DNA of 64,000 bases from Heteronotia binoei (lineage: Eukaryota): positions 20,708,001-20,772,000 of the forward strand of contig NC_083239.1 of assembly GCF_032191835.1 (NCBI RefSeq), written 5' to 3'. The notes beneath the pieces are model-generated. The model was not told the origin of the DNA, searched no databases, and worked only from the letters and a program-made list of their open reading frames with translations. Shown piece by piece: positions 48,884 through 61,473 of the stretch. Each line of letters opens with the position of its first letter. Position 1 is the first letter of the stretch. The position numbers and the translations under genes are program-made.

Positions 48884-49521
48884 CTGTTACAGGACAAACA
48901 TATGAAGCTGAAAGTGGGAATTTTACAGCGTAAACTCATGCCAAGGAATGCCTTATGAACACCAGAATATTTCCAACAAGCCCTATAGCCATCAATTCTG
49001 CTTCAGAACTAAACTAATTTCTTTAACACAACATCCTTTTGTCAAAGCTCAAAAATACTTTACATTCCCAGGCATTAGGACCACTTGTTCCAAAATAATC
49101 TGTGAGACATTGTTAAATGTAATTACAGCAGAGGGCTAAAGAGGGCCCTCCTTTCCTTCAGGATATTTTTGTGGTTGCCTTTCAGCAACATCTCCCAACA
49201 TAACCATTTGGAAGCTTTTTTTTTAAGTAACCTAACAACATTCTAGGGCCTAATTTTTGTCTAAGGGATTACATTGTGTTAGTAGTGATTGGGCCAAGTC
49301 TAAGCACTAGTTGTGAATAGTGGCATCCACCAGAAAAAGAAAAACATGACCTGTGTGTCAAAAAATGAGATAAGTATATAACAGTGATTTGTATGAAATA
49401 CATTACTGTGGCTGAAGGTACAAACCAAACTACTGCAACTTTTATAACAGCCCTTTAAAAAGAAAGATGCCAAAACAACATAATTTATCAGATTACTACA
49501 GTACACAGCCCAATGGTACAC

Positions 49522-49730
49522 AAGAACACATTAAGCTGCCTCATACTGAATCAGACCCTAGGTCCATCAAGGTCAATATTGTCTAATCAGGTTGGTAATG
49601 GCTCTCCAGAGCCTCAGGCAGAAATCTTTCACATCACATACTACCTGGCCCTTTTAACTATTAATGACAGGTGCTGGAACCTGGGACCTCATTCATGCCA
49701 AACAGATGTTCTATCACTGAGCCCTGTCCC
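49522..49730 (-). mobile_element. tRNA(Ala-like)-derived SINE with CR1-type tail
   Basis: Reverse complement of the family at 61926-62128. Confidence 0.75.
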
Positions 49731-50279
49731 TTCCCCTCTCAAAAAAAAAATAAAAGTAAAAATTAGAAGTGATTATACACCATCTTTAAACCAGACTAAT
49801 TAACCCGGATGAGAGAAAAGGAATACAGGTTCACTAAAATATCACTCCCCCACAAGCATTTTTGACATAAGAATCCTTCTGTATTCTTTGTGCTCAGTAC
49901 ACTGAACAAATAATTTTGTAAACGAACAAACCGCTATTATTGAACCGTGTAACACCTATAGCATACAAAAGCACTTCGCGGGCAAGCAGAGGAAGCTGGG
50001 CTTCAGATCCTCATTTAGCCATCAAGGTCTTTAGGAAGGCGGTTCATCCCCCTTTCCCTATACAAAAACCACGGGAAGGAACTGCCTACTGCAAACACGA
50101 AGCACAGCAGTGCTTACCCATCGCTTCACCTCACAACAAGCTTGATCCTGGGGGCCCTTCCCGAACGAGTCCCCCTGCCTTCTTTCAACTCCAAGGGCTA
50201 CCTCTCACTTCCTATGTCCAGCCCAAGCATCCAGAGCCCGTGTAACCTACAAGCTGGCCAAGAGCTCTCTCTCACCGTT

Positions 50280-50730
50280 CCCCTCTAGGGCCGAGACTCC
50301 ACTCTGGAAGCGGGGATGGAACCAGCTGTGCTGGTTCCGGGAAGAAGCACCAAGCCACTCTGTGCATGTTCAGAGGCCCTCATTTCCGTCCGGATACTTC
50401 GGACAGCCTCTCTTCCTCCCCGCCCCTCCCACTTCTCCCCGAATCCCCCCAGCCTCCCCCGCCCGGGCAATGGCACCGCCCCCAGCGCTCCATCTTATTC
50501 TTACCCTTCCGCCATCTTGGTCTTCTGACGTCACCTCTATTTACTGACCTTTGACCCGCTGGAAGAAGCCCCGCCCCTTCAGTCCCTAACCGCCGTTTCC
50601 GGCATTTCCCTCACTTCCTTCAGGGGTTCCGGGCTCAGTAGAATCATAAAGATATTTCCGGTTCCCACTTGAACCCACAAAGCCACTGACCTGAAAGAAG
50701 AACAGGGCACCATAGTGATACACCGGCTTC
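50280..50730 (-). promoter_or_regulatory. BSDC1 CpG-island promoter
   Basis: YY1 motif AAGATGGCGG over the ATG; CRE TGACGTCA 50526-50533; DR1 TGACCTTTGACCC 50545-50557; GC box 50568-50577; ETS-like TTCCGG at 50597, 50627 and 50656. Confidence 0.85.
50505..50515 (-). CDS. BSDC1: BSDC1 exon 1 coding part (MAEG)
   Basis: CCAAG ATG GCG GAA GG|GTAAGA. The eleven exons sum to 1332 nt = 443 aa + stop with consistent phases. Confidence 0.93.
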
Positions 50731-51149
50731 CTCTGATTTGTACACTCGAGAGAGAAAATGGAATCGCTCTCTGTGTGTATTGTGTGTCACACATATTTTT
50801 GTCTTGTGCTCCTGTCACTCAGATGGAAGCGATTTAACAAAAATCGGAAGTGATAATTATGAGCAATCCTTGCCTTTTATGCCTCTATAAACAGCGGCTG
50901 ATGGCACCTCTGTTGATCCAAACGCAAAAGCCAGGGAACGCGTTTTATTAAAAGCAGGCGCGGGCAGTTTGTTGGGAGACATTTCTTAGCTCTCCATTTT
51001 GCTTTGGATCAGCTTGTAGCCTGTGTCTAGTTTGTAAATACCAGCTTTGAATTAGTGAAAAAAGGGACTCTTCAGCTAGGAGAAAATAATGTAGTAGAGG
51101 CGGTGTTTATCGGGTTTTGGCTGGGCTTTCCTTGACTCTTGATCTACAC

Positions 51150-51609
51150 GTGAACAAAATGTGAGTCCATTGGCACCTTAAAGACCAACAAAGTTTTATT
51201 CATGATATAAGCTTTCGTGTGAAAGCACCGTTCTTTAGAAACAGTGAAACAGATTTTCCTCGACCATTATAGAAAGCGGGGAGGGGAGCGGTAGTTGCCA
51301 GGAAGGGCTAGTTAAGAGTCAACATAGAAACAAACATGGAAATTACCCGTTCATACATAACGGGTAGAGGGTGAGTAGTAAATTATCATACATCATAACG
51401 TATGTATGGAGTGGTGATTTCCAATTTTGTTTCTGTTTCTGTCTTGATTCTAATCGGTCCTTCCTGGCAGTGAACCCTCCCTTTCTATATGTATTGGCTG
51501 AGGAAATTCTGTTTCACTGTATCTGAAGAAGTGTGCATGCACACGAAAGCTTATACCTCAAACTTTGTTATATTACTTCAAACCAATATGGCTACCCAAC
51601 TGAATCTTA
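51150..51609. mobile_element. Penelope-like element remnant with inverted pseudo-LTR copies
   Basis: 12-bp TSD TCTTGATCTACA (51138-51149 and 51610-51621); ~140-bp diverged inverted repeat (about 51205-51345 vs 51423-51560); TGGCACCTTAAAGACCAACAAAG motif recalled from reptile PLE repeats. Confidence 0.75.
51519..51556 (+). ncRNA. Minimal type I hammerhead ribozyme motif
   Basis: gtat-CTGAAGA-a-GTGTG(catg)CACAC-GAAA-gct-t-atac: stem I GUAU/AUAC, stem II 5 bp, palindromic stem III AGCU. Confidence 0.65.
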
Positions 51610-52734
51610 TCTTGATCTACATGTTGGAGATGTTTGATCAGTGACTGTTATGTATATTTTCTGCCAGATTCTTCCATTTTTCCTATTTTTTGCATGAAGG
51701 CTGAACTTGCAATCTAATGGGCAGTAAAATAGATCAGTTGTGGATGTTCACTTCATGCATTTGATGAAGCAAGCTCTGACTTATGAAGTCTTGTACATTA
51801 TATGCATTAAGAGAAAAAGCACTTCCAGACCAATCTGATGCAGGTTTACCTGGAAATTAAGTTCCAAGGGACTAACTAGTAAGCACACAATGAATTGTAG
51901 CATCAATGCTATGTAATAATTAATATGCATGTGCATTCAATAATCCTTATAACAGCACAGGGTGATTCAAAAATATGGTTAGAAAAATATACTGAAATCT
52001 GCATTTATTCCTTAGCATGTGAGAGGACAGGATGGACTGTCAGGCAGATTGCCTTCATCATTTGATGCATCTGATGAAATTCCCCTTGGGCTACAGGTTG
52101 GATTTACAATCTGTCTGGAAATCCTTCTGTGCTAGCCTCTTTTACTCTACATATGCAAATACATGCACATAAGTCCTGCTGAATCCTTCTGTTAGCTGAA
52201 AGCAAATTTTCAACGTGGTAAGGAGGGAGATAGCTCCAGTGTCAGCCTTTCTGCATCCAACAGAACACAGCTGCTGCCCCAGATATTAGCTGTGGAAATC
52301 GGTTCTGGAAACACAAAGGCTGGGAACAAAGCATCCTTCAATTTCCAAGGTGTGTGTTCAAAGGAAGCACCAGTTCAGTGTGTGTTTGCGTGAGGCCGTT
52401 GTGTGGCTCTGGAACAGGTGACTAAGAGCAATTGGCTCTCAGCACAATGCAGAGTGTATCTCCCTTGTCAGTGGATTAGCAGAGCTGGCCTTTGTTCAAA
52501 CCCTCACTCTGTTATGAAGCTTACAGTGAGATCTTGCAGTGACTCTCTCAGCCTAATCTACCTTACAGAGTTGTTGTAGGCACAAAATGAAGGAGAGAAT
52601 AATCATGTATCTTGCCTTGAGCTCCTTGGAGGAAGAATGGGATGAAATGTACTAAATAAATATATAAATAAAATACCTTGTTTCTGTTCAAGAGAGTTCA
52701 GCATCCCACAAATTGACAGCACCAATAATGTTAA

Positions 52735-53580
52735 TGGCTGTACCATCAAGTTGATGCTTACTCATAACCCCAGACTCATCAGTTTTCAAGGCAAGAGATA
52801 TACAGAGGTCATTTGCCATCCTTTTCATAGCAATGTTAATCTTCTATAGCAGGGGTGTCAAACATGAAGCCCGAGCACCAAATCAGGCCCCTGGAGGACT
52901 CCTATCAGGCCTGTGAGCAAAACACCATAATCTGCTTCCTTCTCTCTCTCTTGCTTCCTTCTGCATCACGGCTTGCTCAGCTACACAGGAGCTACAGAGC
53001 AAAGCCTCTATTTTCTCAATTGGCTGACCAGCACAGAAAGCAATTTATGTGCAAAAGCTTGCAGTATCCAGCCATTTCATGTTTTCCCCTGGGTCTTAGA
53101 CTCAAAGCATTGACCATGAGATTTCTGTAATAAATGTCAATAAATCAGAAGCAGGTTTGCAGCTTACAGAGACACAATACCTGAACAATACCTGAACAGC
53201 ATACTCAAGATTGCTACAGCACAGACACTGTCTCCAGATTTTTATGCAATGATTCATAGCAAGGGGCGTCAGTTATCAGAAGCTGTTAAATAAACAAAAT
53301 ATTGCAAAAGTGCTAATCTTTTAAGCATGAAGTTTAAAAAAAATCTTTAATTGTGTCTGTATCCTTTATAAAGTTTATATCTCCACTAACTTGCACTACA
53401 TTTTGTGACACATATGCCCTAGCCTGACAAGGTCTCATTTATGTCAGATCCAACCCTCATAACAAATTAGTTTGACATCCCTGTTCTATAGTGGTTTCCT
53501 ATCCAACTTCTAACTGTGGCCAACCCAACTTAGCTTCCAGGCTCTGGCCAGATCAGGCTAGGGTGGGCTACCAGGCTGCT
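52735..53580 (-). mobile_element. 5S-derived SINE interrupted by a hAT MITE
   Basis: Sauria-like tail at 52735-52849 and 5S-like head at 53484-53580 flank the hAT insertion. Confidence 0.6.
52850..53483 (+). mobile_element. Non-autonomous hAT (same family as 45571-47660)
   Basis: TIRs CAGGGGTGTCAAAC / GTTTGACATCCCTG; perfect 8-bp TSD TTCTATAG; shared internal transposase remnant. Confidence 0.9.
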
Positions 53581-54072
53581 ACAAAAGCATCAATAAAAAT
53601 ATGAAATTCAGATCTGTCAAGTAGATGAACCAGGAAAAACAGCCAGGGCTTTGCAAAACACCTTAAAATAAAAGTTCAAGTCCAAGGGTTTTTAAATTAT
53701 TATTATTATTATTTAAGAACAAAGCAATCTTTACCTCTAGGATAACTCCTGCTTGTCTTCTATTTCATTTGTGAAGAGGTGGGGAGGGGCTTGTAATGAA
53801 TTATACCCTCAGTAATGACAAACATCCAAAGCGAATAGTGACTGAGTAACTAGACAGTGAACCTGGATGTCCCCAGTTAACATCTTACATCTGTCACAAG
53901 CTCAGTTGCAACACAGTCCTATGCCAAGTTACCTCAAGTCCATTGATTTTCACAGTTTACATTGGACTAAATCTGCACAGGATTGTGCTATAGGTAACCT
54001 GAGGCCAATCTCTCTGCTGTTTGCAGTATAGGGACGGCGAAGCTTTCCTGCTGAGCAAAGCTCTTGTCAAGC

Positions 54073-54309
54073 TAGGGTTGGCAGCTCTGGGTTGGGAAAT
54101 TCCTGGAGATTTTTCTTTGGGGTGGGGAACGAAACCTGGCAATGACAAGGTTTGGGTAGGGGAAAGAAGAGACATCAGCAGGAGGTGATCTGTAATGCCA
54201 TAGAGTCCATCCTCCCAAGCTGCAATTTTCTCCAGGGGAGCTGATCTCTGCAGTCTGGAAATCAGTTTTAATTCCAGGAGATCTCCAGTTGCCACCTGGA
54301 GGTTGGCAA
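54073..54309 (-). mobile_element. Short TAGGGTTGCCA-ended repeat (hAT-derived MITE family)
   Basis: Core GGAGATCTCCAG...CAGAGATCAGCTCCCCTGGAGAAAAT recurs near 12270, 55720, 56800, 57900, 60970 and 63300. Confidence 0.65.
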
Positions 54310-56209
54310 AAATACAACAATTTGCATATTATTGTTGGGAGGGGGGGAGAGTGAAGTTCCCTAGGCTTTTTTTATAGTCTCCTAGGAAGTTCTGTCTATT
54401 GCTCTTCACTGCAAATGCTTTTCTTTCTTATTTAAGAAGCATTTAGCCCAGCCTTGGCTCAACAGGGCTCTAAAGTAGCTTATAGAGAGGCGTCCAAATC
54501 AGGCTATTTCATAATGGCAAGAAAACAATGTATAAAACTATTGGGACATTAGGTTAATATAACAGAGTTTGCCCAGTCATAGAAGTGTGATACTGAATGC
54601 AGTAAATAAATCTTCCAAGAAGTATATTGCAAAAAAAAAGGTAAAGTTACACAAGTAGATCCAGCTCACATTCAGATTGCAGTTGAAAGAAGAGAAAGAA
54701 GCCTAACTGAAAGAGTACTTTCCCTATCACGAATGGCCAGCTAATCCCCGGCATCATGTGCATAGGAGTATGAGGACTTTGAGTCTACAGGAGAGACCTG
54801 CAGAGACATGTGTCTCCATGGAAGGGCTTCTGAAGTGAGTGAGAGGACAAAGAGAGGGAGGGGACAGAGGGCAACTCCCAAGTTAAGACAAAGTGAGGTA
54901 TCCCTTTCAAGGAGATAACACCTATACAAACTTAGTGATGTAGTGCCCCTCAATGTCCAGGCATGCTGAGTCACTCTCACTCCAACAAAAACTGTGCAAA
55001 GTACTGGGCACACAATAAAACACAGCAGAGCTGATTCAATGAGACATCGCATGGAATGGAATCGGTTGTCAAATAGAGAACCTCCACATTCAGAGGTAGG
55101 TGCTGTGAAAAGAGGGTTTTTGTACACTGCTTGTGAGCTTTCCAGATGTATTTGGCTGGCCACTGTAAAGAACAGGATGCTGGACTGGCGAGGCAATGCT
55201 TTATAAAACAACAGCTTCTTGAATGACAAATATAGAAGCAAAGATGACTGGTTATGACTCAGAATCAAGTATTCTGCATGAAATATACATTGTTTGCATC
55301 AGAGAGATGTCCTTTTCTCTCTCCCCCAATTGACATGATCTTGGATAGTTATGAATCAAGTGTAATGTCATAGAAATCTTTCTGTGAGAAATACATTTCT
55401 AGTTTGGGCAGGATGCTTTTATTTGTATCTTAGTTTGAGACATAAAGGAACCTAGAGGGTCCTCCTTTGTAATGCCTACAGCTACCAAATGGTGCTTTTA
55501 TAGTTTGCTCATGATTGCAGGCTGCATGAACTTGTGAAACCAGTGACTTATAAGTTTTGTGTAATTTTTTCTGAAAGTTTTGATGTGGTGCAAGACTTTG
55601 TGCTTACAGAGAAAAGGGCCAGTTGCTTTATAGACTCCCTAGGACTCGTCAAAGCCAGTTTTAAAAATGTACTTAATTAGAAATAGTCTTGCCACACGTG
55701 ACTTTGGCACCGAGTTGCCATGTACCAGGTTGGACCTGGAGATATCCTGGAATTACAACTGATCTTCAAATGACAATGATCAATCTCCCTGGTAGAAGTG
55801 GCAGTTTTTGAGGGTAGACTCTATGGCAGGGGTCCCCTCCCCAGCCATTTTGAGCCTATGGACACATCTGGAATTCTGGCACAATGCAATGGGCACAGTT
55901 ACAAAATGGCTGCCTCAGAGGCAGGGCCAACCACAAAATGTCAGAGACCGAGGTGATATATAATTCTTAAGATTACTTCTTCACCATTTCAGGCAGAAAC
56001 TCTCTTTAACAGAATCAGCCAATCAAAAAGCCCTGCTGGGCAAAAGTCCCACCTACTTTCTAAAAGCACTGGCGTCACCAAGAAAAGGGTCATCAAGCGC
56101 TATGGTGCCTATAGGCACCACTGCGGACCCCTGCTCTATGGCAATTACATCCCTGAGTCTATTTGCCAAACTCCGTATGGGGCTAGAGATCTAGAATTTC
56201 AACTGCTCT

Positions 56210-56716
56210 TAGGGTTGCCAATCCCTAGGTGGGGGCAGGGGATCCCCCGGTTTGGAGACCCTCCCCCCACTTCAGGGTCATCAGAAAGCGGGGGGAGGGG
56301 AGGGGAATGTCTGCTGGGAACTCTATTATTCCCTATGGAGATTTATTCCCATAGAAAATCATGGATAATTGATCTGCGGGTATATGGGGCTCTGGGGGGC
56401 TGTTTTTTGGGGTAGAGGCACCAGATTTTCAGTATAGCATCTAGTGCCTCTCCCCAAAGTACCCCCCAAGTTTCGAAAAGATTGGACCAGGGGATCCAAT
56501 TCTATGAACTCCAAAAGAAGGTGCCCCTATCCTTCATTATTTCCTATGGCAGGAAGGAATTGAAAAGGTGTGATGTCCCTTTAAAGGTGATGGCCAGAAC
56601 TCCCTTTGCAGTTCAAGTATGCTTGTCACAGCCTTGATCTTGGTTCCACCCCTAATGTCTCCTGGCTCCACCCCCAAAGTCCCCAGATATTTCTTGAATT
56701 GGACTTGGCAACCCTA
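56210..56716 (+). mobile_element. hAT MITE with TAGGGTTGCCA TIRs
   Basis: Perfect 8-bp TSD ACTGCTCT (56202-56209 and 56717-56724); TIRs TAGGGTTGCCA / TGGCAACCCTA. Confidence 0.9.
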
Positions 56717-57246
56717 ACTGCTCTCCGTACTACAAAGAACAGTTCCCCTGGAGGAAGTGGCAGCTTTGGAGGGTGGGCTCTATGGAATCACTTCCTTGCT
56801 GGACATAAGGTTGCCAGCCTCCAAGTGGGGCCTGGAGAGCTCCTGGAATTACAAATGATCTTCAGGGTACAGAATCAGATTGATTGGAGAAAATGGCTAT
56901 AATGCTTTGGAGGATGGACTCTGAGGTATTTATACCTTGCTGAGGTCCCTCCTCTTCCCATGCATGAAATATACCTCTTCAGGCTCCACCCCCCAAATCT
57001 CCAGGTATTTCCCAGCTTGCCAGTGGTAACTGTAGACTGAGGCTCCCTCTTGCCTTTTCTAGGCTTTCCTTAAATTTCCGGGAAACTGGAGTTGGCAATG
57101 CTTTCACATGGAGCATCCTCTCAGTCTTGTTCTCAAATTGTGCTGCTATCCTCTTTTCTCCATCTGCAATATAGCTCTTTCACAAACTTGCTTTACAAGG
57201 GCGCTTTTAAAAAATCCGTAGTTGCTATAATTTCTCATATTTTTAA

Positions 57247-57262
57247 CAGCCCTCTGGTGGTG
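57247..57262 (-). promoter_or_regulatory. Candidate CTCF site
   Basis: Minus strand CACCACCAGAGGGCTG matches the CTCF core CCACCAGRGGGC; motif match only. Confidence 0.45.
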
Positions 57263-59457
57263 TGAGTGGGAAAATGACAGCTAGTGGAAGAAAGCATGAA
57301 AAGAACACCTTTCCATCATTGCGCATACATGTCCCTGTGTATTCACAGCAAAGATTAATGCAAAATGGAAAATCCATGCAAATGTGGCTGGTTCTAGAAA
57401 GCTTTTTTCTCTCTCAGAGGATCATGTCGAACAAGGGTTTGACATTCGTACAAAGATCACTCCTCTTTGACCATGTATTTTTCTTCACTTACTCTTCTTC
57501 TTTGTCCTCAGTGGGGGATTCAAAGCACTTCACACATACTCCTCTCCTCCATTTTATCCTGCAGGCTATGCTGAGGCTGTGTAACTGGCCCAAGGTCACC
57601 CAGTAAGCTTCCATGGCAGAGTGAGAGTTTGAACTTAAGCCTCCCAGATTCTGATCTGAAACCACTGCAACACACCATTTCCAGTCCCAGGTCAGAGTTC
57701 CAGATAGACATGTAGGATATGGGATCAAATACAGGATAGAATAAAAGGATTAAAAATGATCCTACAAGAAGTTCAAATGTGATTAAACCTTGAGAAATCT
57801 CATAAGAGTGCAGATGAATATGGTGCCTGACCTGCAAGGGTTTGAAGACAAAGAAAAGTTTGTATCCTTTAGCTTTCCTGGCTAATTTGTCATATATGAT
57901 GCTGGTTGCCAGCCTCCAGGTGGGGCCTGGAATCCTCTTGCTTTTACAACTGATCTCCAGCTGGCAGAGATCAGCTCCTGTGGAGAAAATGGCTGCTTTG
58001 AAGGGTGGACTCTATGGCATTGTACCATGCTGAGTGAGGCCACTTCCCTCCCCAAACCCTTCCCTCTCCCATCCCCATCCCCAAAGTTTCCAGGTATTTT
58101 CCAACACAGACCTGGCAACGCTTTCCTTGAATTAGCAGATCTACATCTTGGAAGCATCCATTTGTTGAATCCTGGGATTTTTACAAGGCAACAAAAGTAG
58201 TGGATTGCTTTTCCAGGCACATACAAACAGATGCCTGGAAAATGCAAACCAGGCATTGGTTTTCCATAAATTCTGCTTCCAGACAGAGCCAATGCATTTT
58301 GTTCAGGGCTGGACTGGCCCTTTAACTTACAGGGAGGGTTCCTGATAGACTGCGGCTCTGAAGGATGCTTGGACCTGGCCACTGCTGGCAGTGGCAGGCA
58401 CTGTCTTGCCTGTTGGCTCCTCCCGCACCACCAGCAGTTGGCTCAGACCTGGCAGGCAGCTGCACAAGAGGAAACGACAGGCGAGCCTGTGAAACCGCTC
58501 AGCTCAGCATGTTCCAGGGGCATTTGAACAGACCTATCAGTCCCCTGTTATTAACAGAAGAACTATCAAAGTTAGGGAGATTTTGATGTTTTGATATTTT
58601 ACGTGGAAGATGCTCTGTGCTCACTTAACCTATGCAGGTCTTTGCCAAGCTCTTCTTGTGTTCTTCTGCTATTTATAGAGAAGAATGCCTGTGCTGGCAT
58701 CTCTCTCTTCCTTTCCCATCTCTCCCTTCTTGCCTGGAGGGGATTTCCAGAGGAAATACGCTTGGCTGCTAAAATAGCCCATGAATTCCCATCATCTGTT
58801 TCCAATCAGGGTTTGTCAGCCTCACAAGGGTCGGTGGGTCTGAGTATTTCCAGGGAAGGCTCCCCAACCCATGCCGGAAAGGGCTCTTCAATTCCCTCTC
58901 CCTGCAATTAAATTGCCTGCAATTGCATCCTCCCTCCTGGGGGATAATTTGGAGCTGCGGGGGATGGAGACGAGTTCTTCTGCTGTGGGGCACAGGCTGC
59001 TTGCATCCCAGCTAGCCTGCATCACGGCTTGATTTGCATGGGGGCACTGCTGCTGGCTGGCCTGTTTCTCATCACATGCTGGGGGAGGGGAACCATCTGT
59101 GCCTTCATCTCTGTACCCAAACCACAAAACCAGGTTCTGTTATTGTATGGAAAAACAGCATCTCATTTCTGTTCAGAGCTCTGAGTGGCAAATCTCTCTC
59201 CTTATGGAAGCTTCCTGGGGAAAGCTGCCAAGGACCGCAGCCAGCAGGCCCAGGTGGGATTCCAGGCACAGCGTATGCCCAGGGGTCTCTCAGCTGTCTC
59301 TCCCACCTGCCACCCTTGGCAATGGCTTTGCAGCTTCCCTTTCTTGTTTTTGCTCCAAAACTGAAGCTCACAAAAGAATGAAGGGATCTGTATTGCATTT
59401 TAAACCATTCAAATAAAAATGATAGTAAACAGGAGAATAAAAACATATGTTCTTGAG

Positions 59458-59471
59458 GGGGACGGACGGAC

Positions 59472-59543
<72 letters not shown>
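59458..59543. repeat. (GGAC)n(AGAT)~17 tetranucleotide microsatellite
   Basis: Directly visible tandem repeat. Confidence 0.97.
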
Positions 59544-61473
59544 GATACACAGACAGACAGACATTTTCTTCACTTGTTTGTGTATATGTAATTCTAAAAT
59601 AAAAGGTACTTTAAAAAGGGGGGATCCAAAAAGGAAACATTTGTGTTTACAGCAGGGCTTTATGGTATTAAAATACTTTCACACACATTATAGGAAGAAT
59701 CCTTATGATAATGCTATAATGCGGAACACTATTTTTATTCCTGTATTATAGATGAAAAACAGTCTGCCCAGTGTGTTTGTGATGCTGGAGACAAAGCACA
59801 GTTCACATGGTTAGCAATCACACAGCGTCAGCCACATCCACAGTACAGGGATTTTCACTGTCAATGATTTTCTTGTACCTATGCTGCCAGCAGTTAGAGA
59901 GTAGGATGACAACTGCAGAAACCTGGATTCAAATTCCTACTCACAGGGTGACCTTAGGCAAGTCACTGTTGCAAACTAACCACTGTCAGCCTCTTCATGC
60001 TACATCCCTCAAACCAGATGCAACTCTCATCCTGCTTAAAGGATTCCCCTCCCTCCTCTTGCTTTGCGTGAACGAGAAAGGCTGCTTTTGTGGTTATTGA
60101 AACTGATCTGTAGATACTGCATCTGTACTCTAGGTTGCCAAAAGAGCTGAGAAATTCCTGGAGCTTTGGGGATGCAACCTGGAAAGGTCTTTGGGGAGGG
60201 GAAAGACCTTAGCAGTGCATCATGCCATAAATACACCCTTTGAAACAGTCACTTTTTATGCCTGTACTTTGGAAATTGATGCCTGTACTTTGGAAATTGG
60301 TTTTCATCCTGGGAGATCTCCAGACCTCAAGGGACATTGGCAATCCTAACCCCAGCTTTCCTCAGGCTGGATAGGAGCAAAACCTTCTCTTGCCAAGCCT
60401 CCCCACCCCACAAAAAAAATCTCCAGGAATTTTCCAAATCAAAGATGGTAACCCTGCCCTTTCCCTCACAAGCTGATCTAGGTACTTAACATGGTACGCC
60501 CTCAAGAAAAACCAACCTGATTCATCTGCCTCTCTGGTGAGGGGAACTGGCTCTTGTGCTGCCACCACTGCTCTACTCTCAGTTTGCCCCATTGCTGTGA
60601 CCTAGGCCTTGCTACTCTTTTGTTCCTTGGCTCTTCCCTCAGCAGCTCTGTGGGATTTTGCTCCACATCTTTCCAGATTGCCACTGACAAGCTGCCTTGA
60701 TGCGGACCACACCAGCTGCAGCCCAGGCCCATTTATAGATAAGGTTCCCATCCCCCTGCCTCCAGTAAGTTTTCCCCAATTTCAGGGCCTCCAACCTGCC
60801 ACAGCAGAGCTGGCTGGCAAGGGAGTACTGTCTCCGAAGAGCACCAGCACATGCAACATGATGACATCACCCAGAAGTGATGTCATCGCACCAGACACAT
60901 TGCATGGGGGACATTGTAGCATTTGAGGAGAAACTCTATGATAACCATATCATAGAAGTCATCTTCTATGTTTCAAGGCAATTGATTTTTTTTACCCAAT
61001 ATAAACAAGGCCAGTTTCTTGACAGAGGGAGATCAGCAAGGATGTGCTGCCATAGAGTCAACTCTCTAAAGCTGCCATTTCTTCCAGGGGAACTGATCTC
61101 TGTTGTCTGGAGATCAGTTGTAATTCCAGGAGAATTCTAACCTCACCTAGAGGATGGCAACCCTAGCTGGGCCTCTGACATTCTCACCTCTGGCTGACTA
61201 GGGTGAAGGGGGGGGGGTGGATCTGGGGAATGAAGACTATTATGGGGTAGAAGGGGGAAAATGACTGTAGCAATGTACTTCTTCTTGCACTCTGATCTGC
61301 AAAAGATGGCCTCGGTCCATAAAATATCTAATTGCATCTCCCATCTACAAAAGCTATGGTGGTGAGCTGGGCTGACTAGACTTTGTAATGTGCTGGAAGA
61401 TCTTCAAGATTTTAGAAGTATCAACTGTAATTAGAAGCTTCAATGATCTTGATTGATGCAGAACTGCATTGTT

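Noticed and set aside
54741-55268. 175-aa minus-strand ORF
   Set aside because: TTG start, no motif, no promoter or splice context.
57418-57470. Strong acceptor followed by EDHVEQGFDIRTKITPL*
   Set aside because: Could not be linked to any upstream exon or known protein; a single acceptor-like site is insufficient.
59368-59550. 60-aa ORF with repeated YLSI
   Set aside because: Translation of the (AGAT)n microsatellite.
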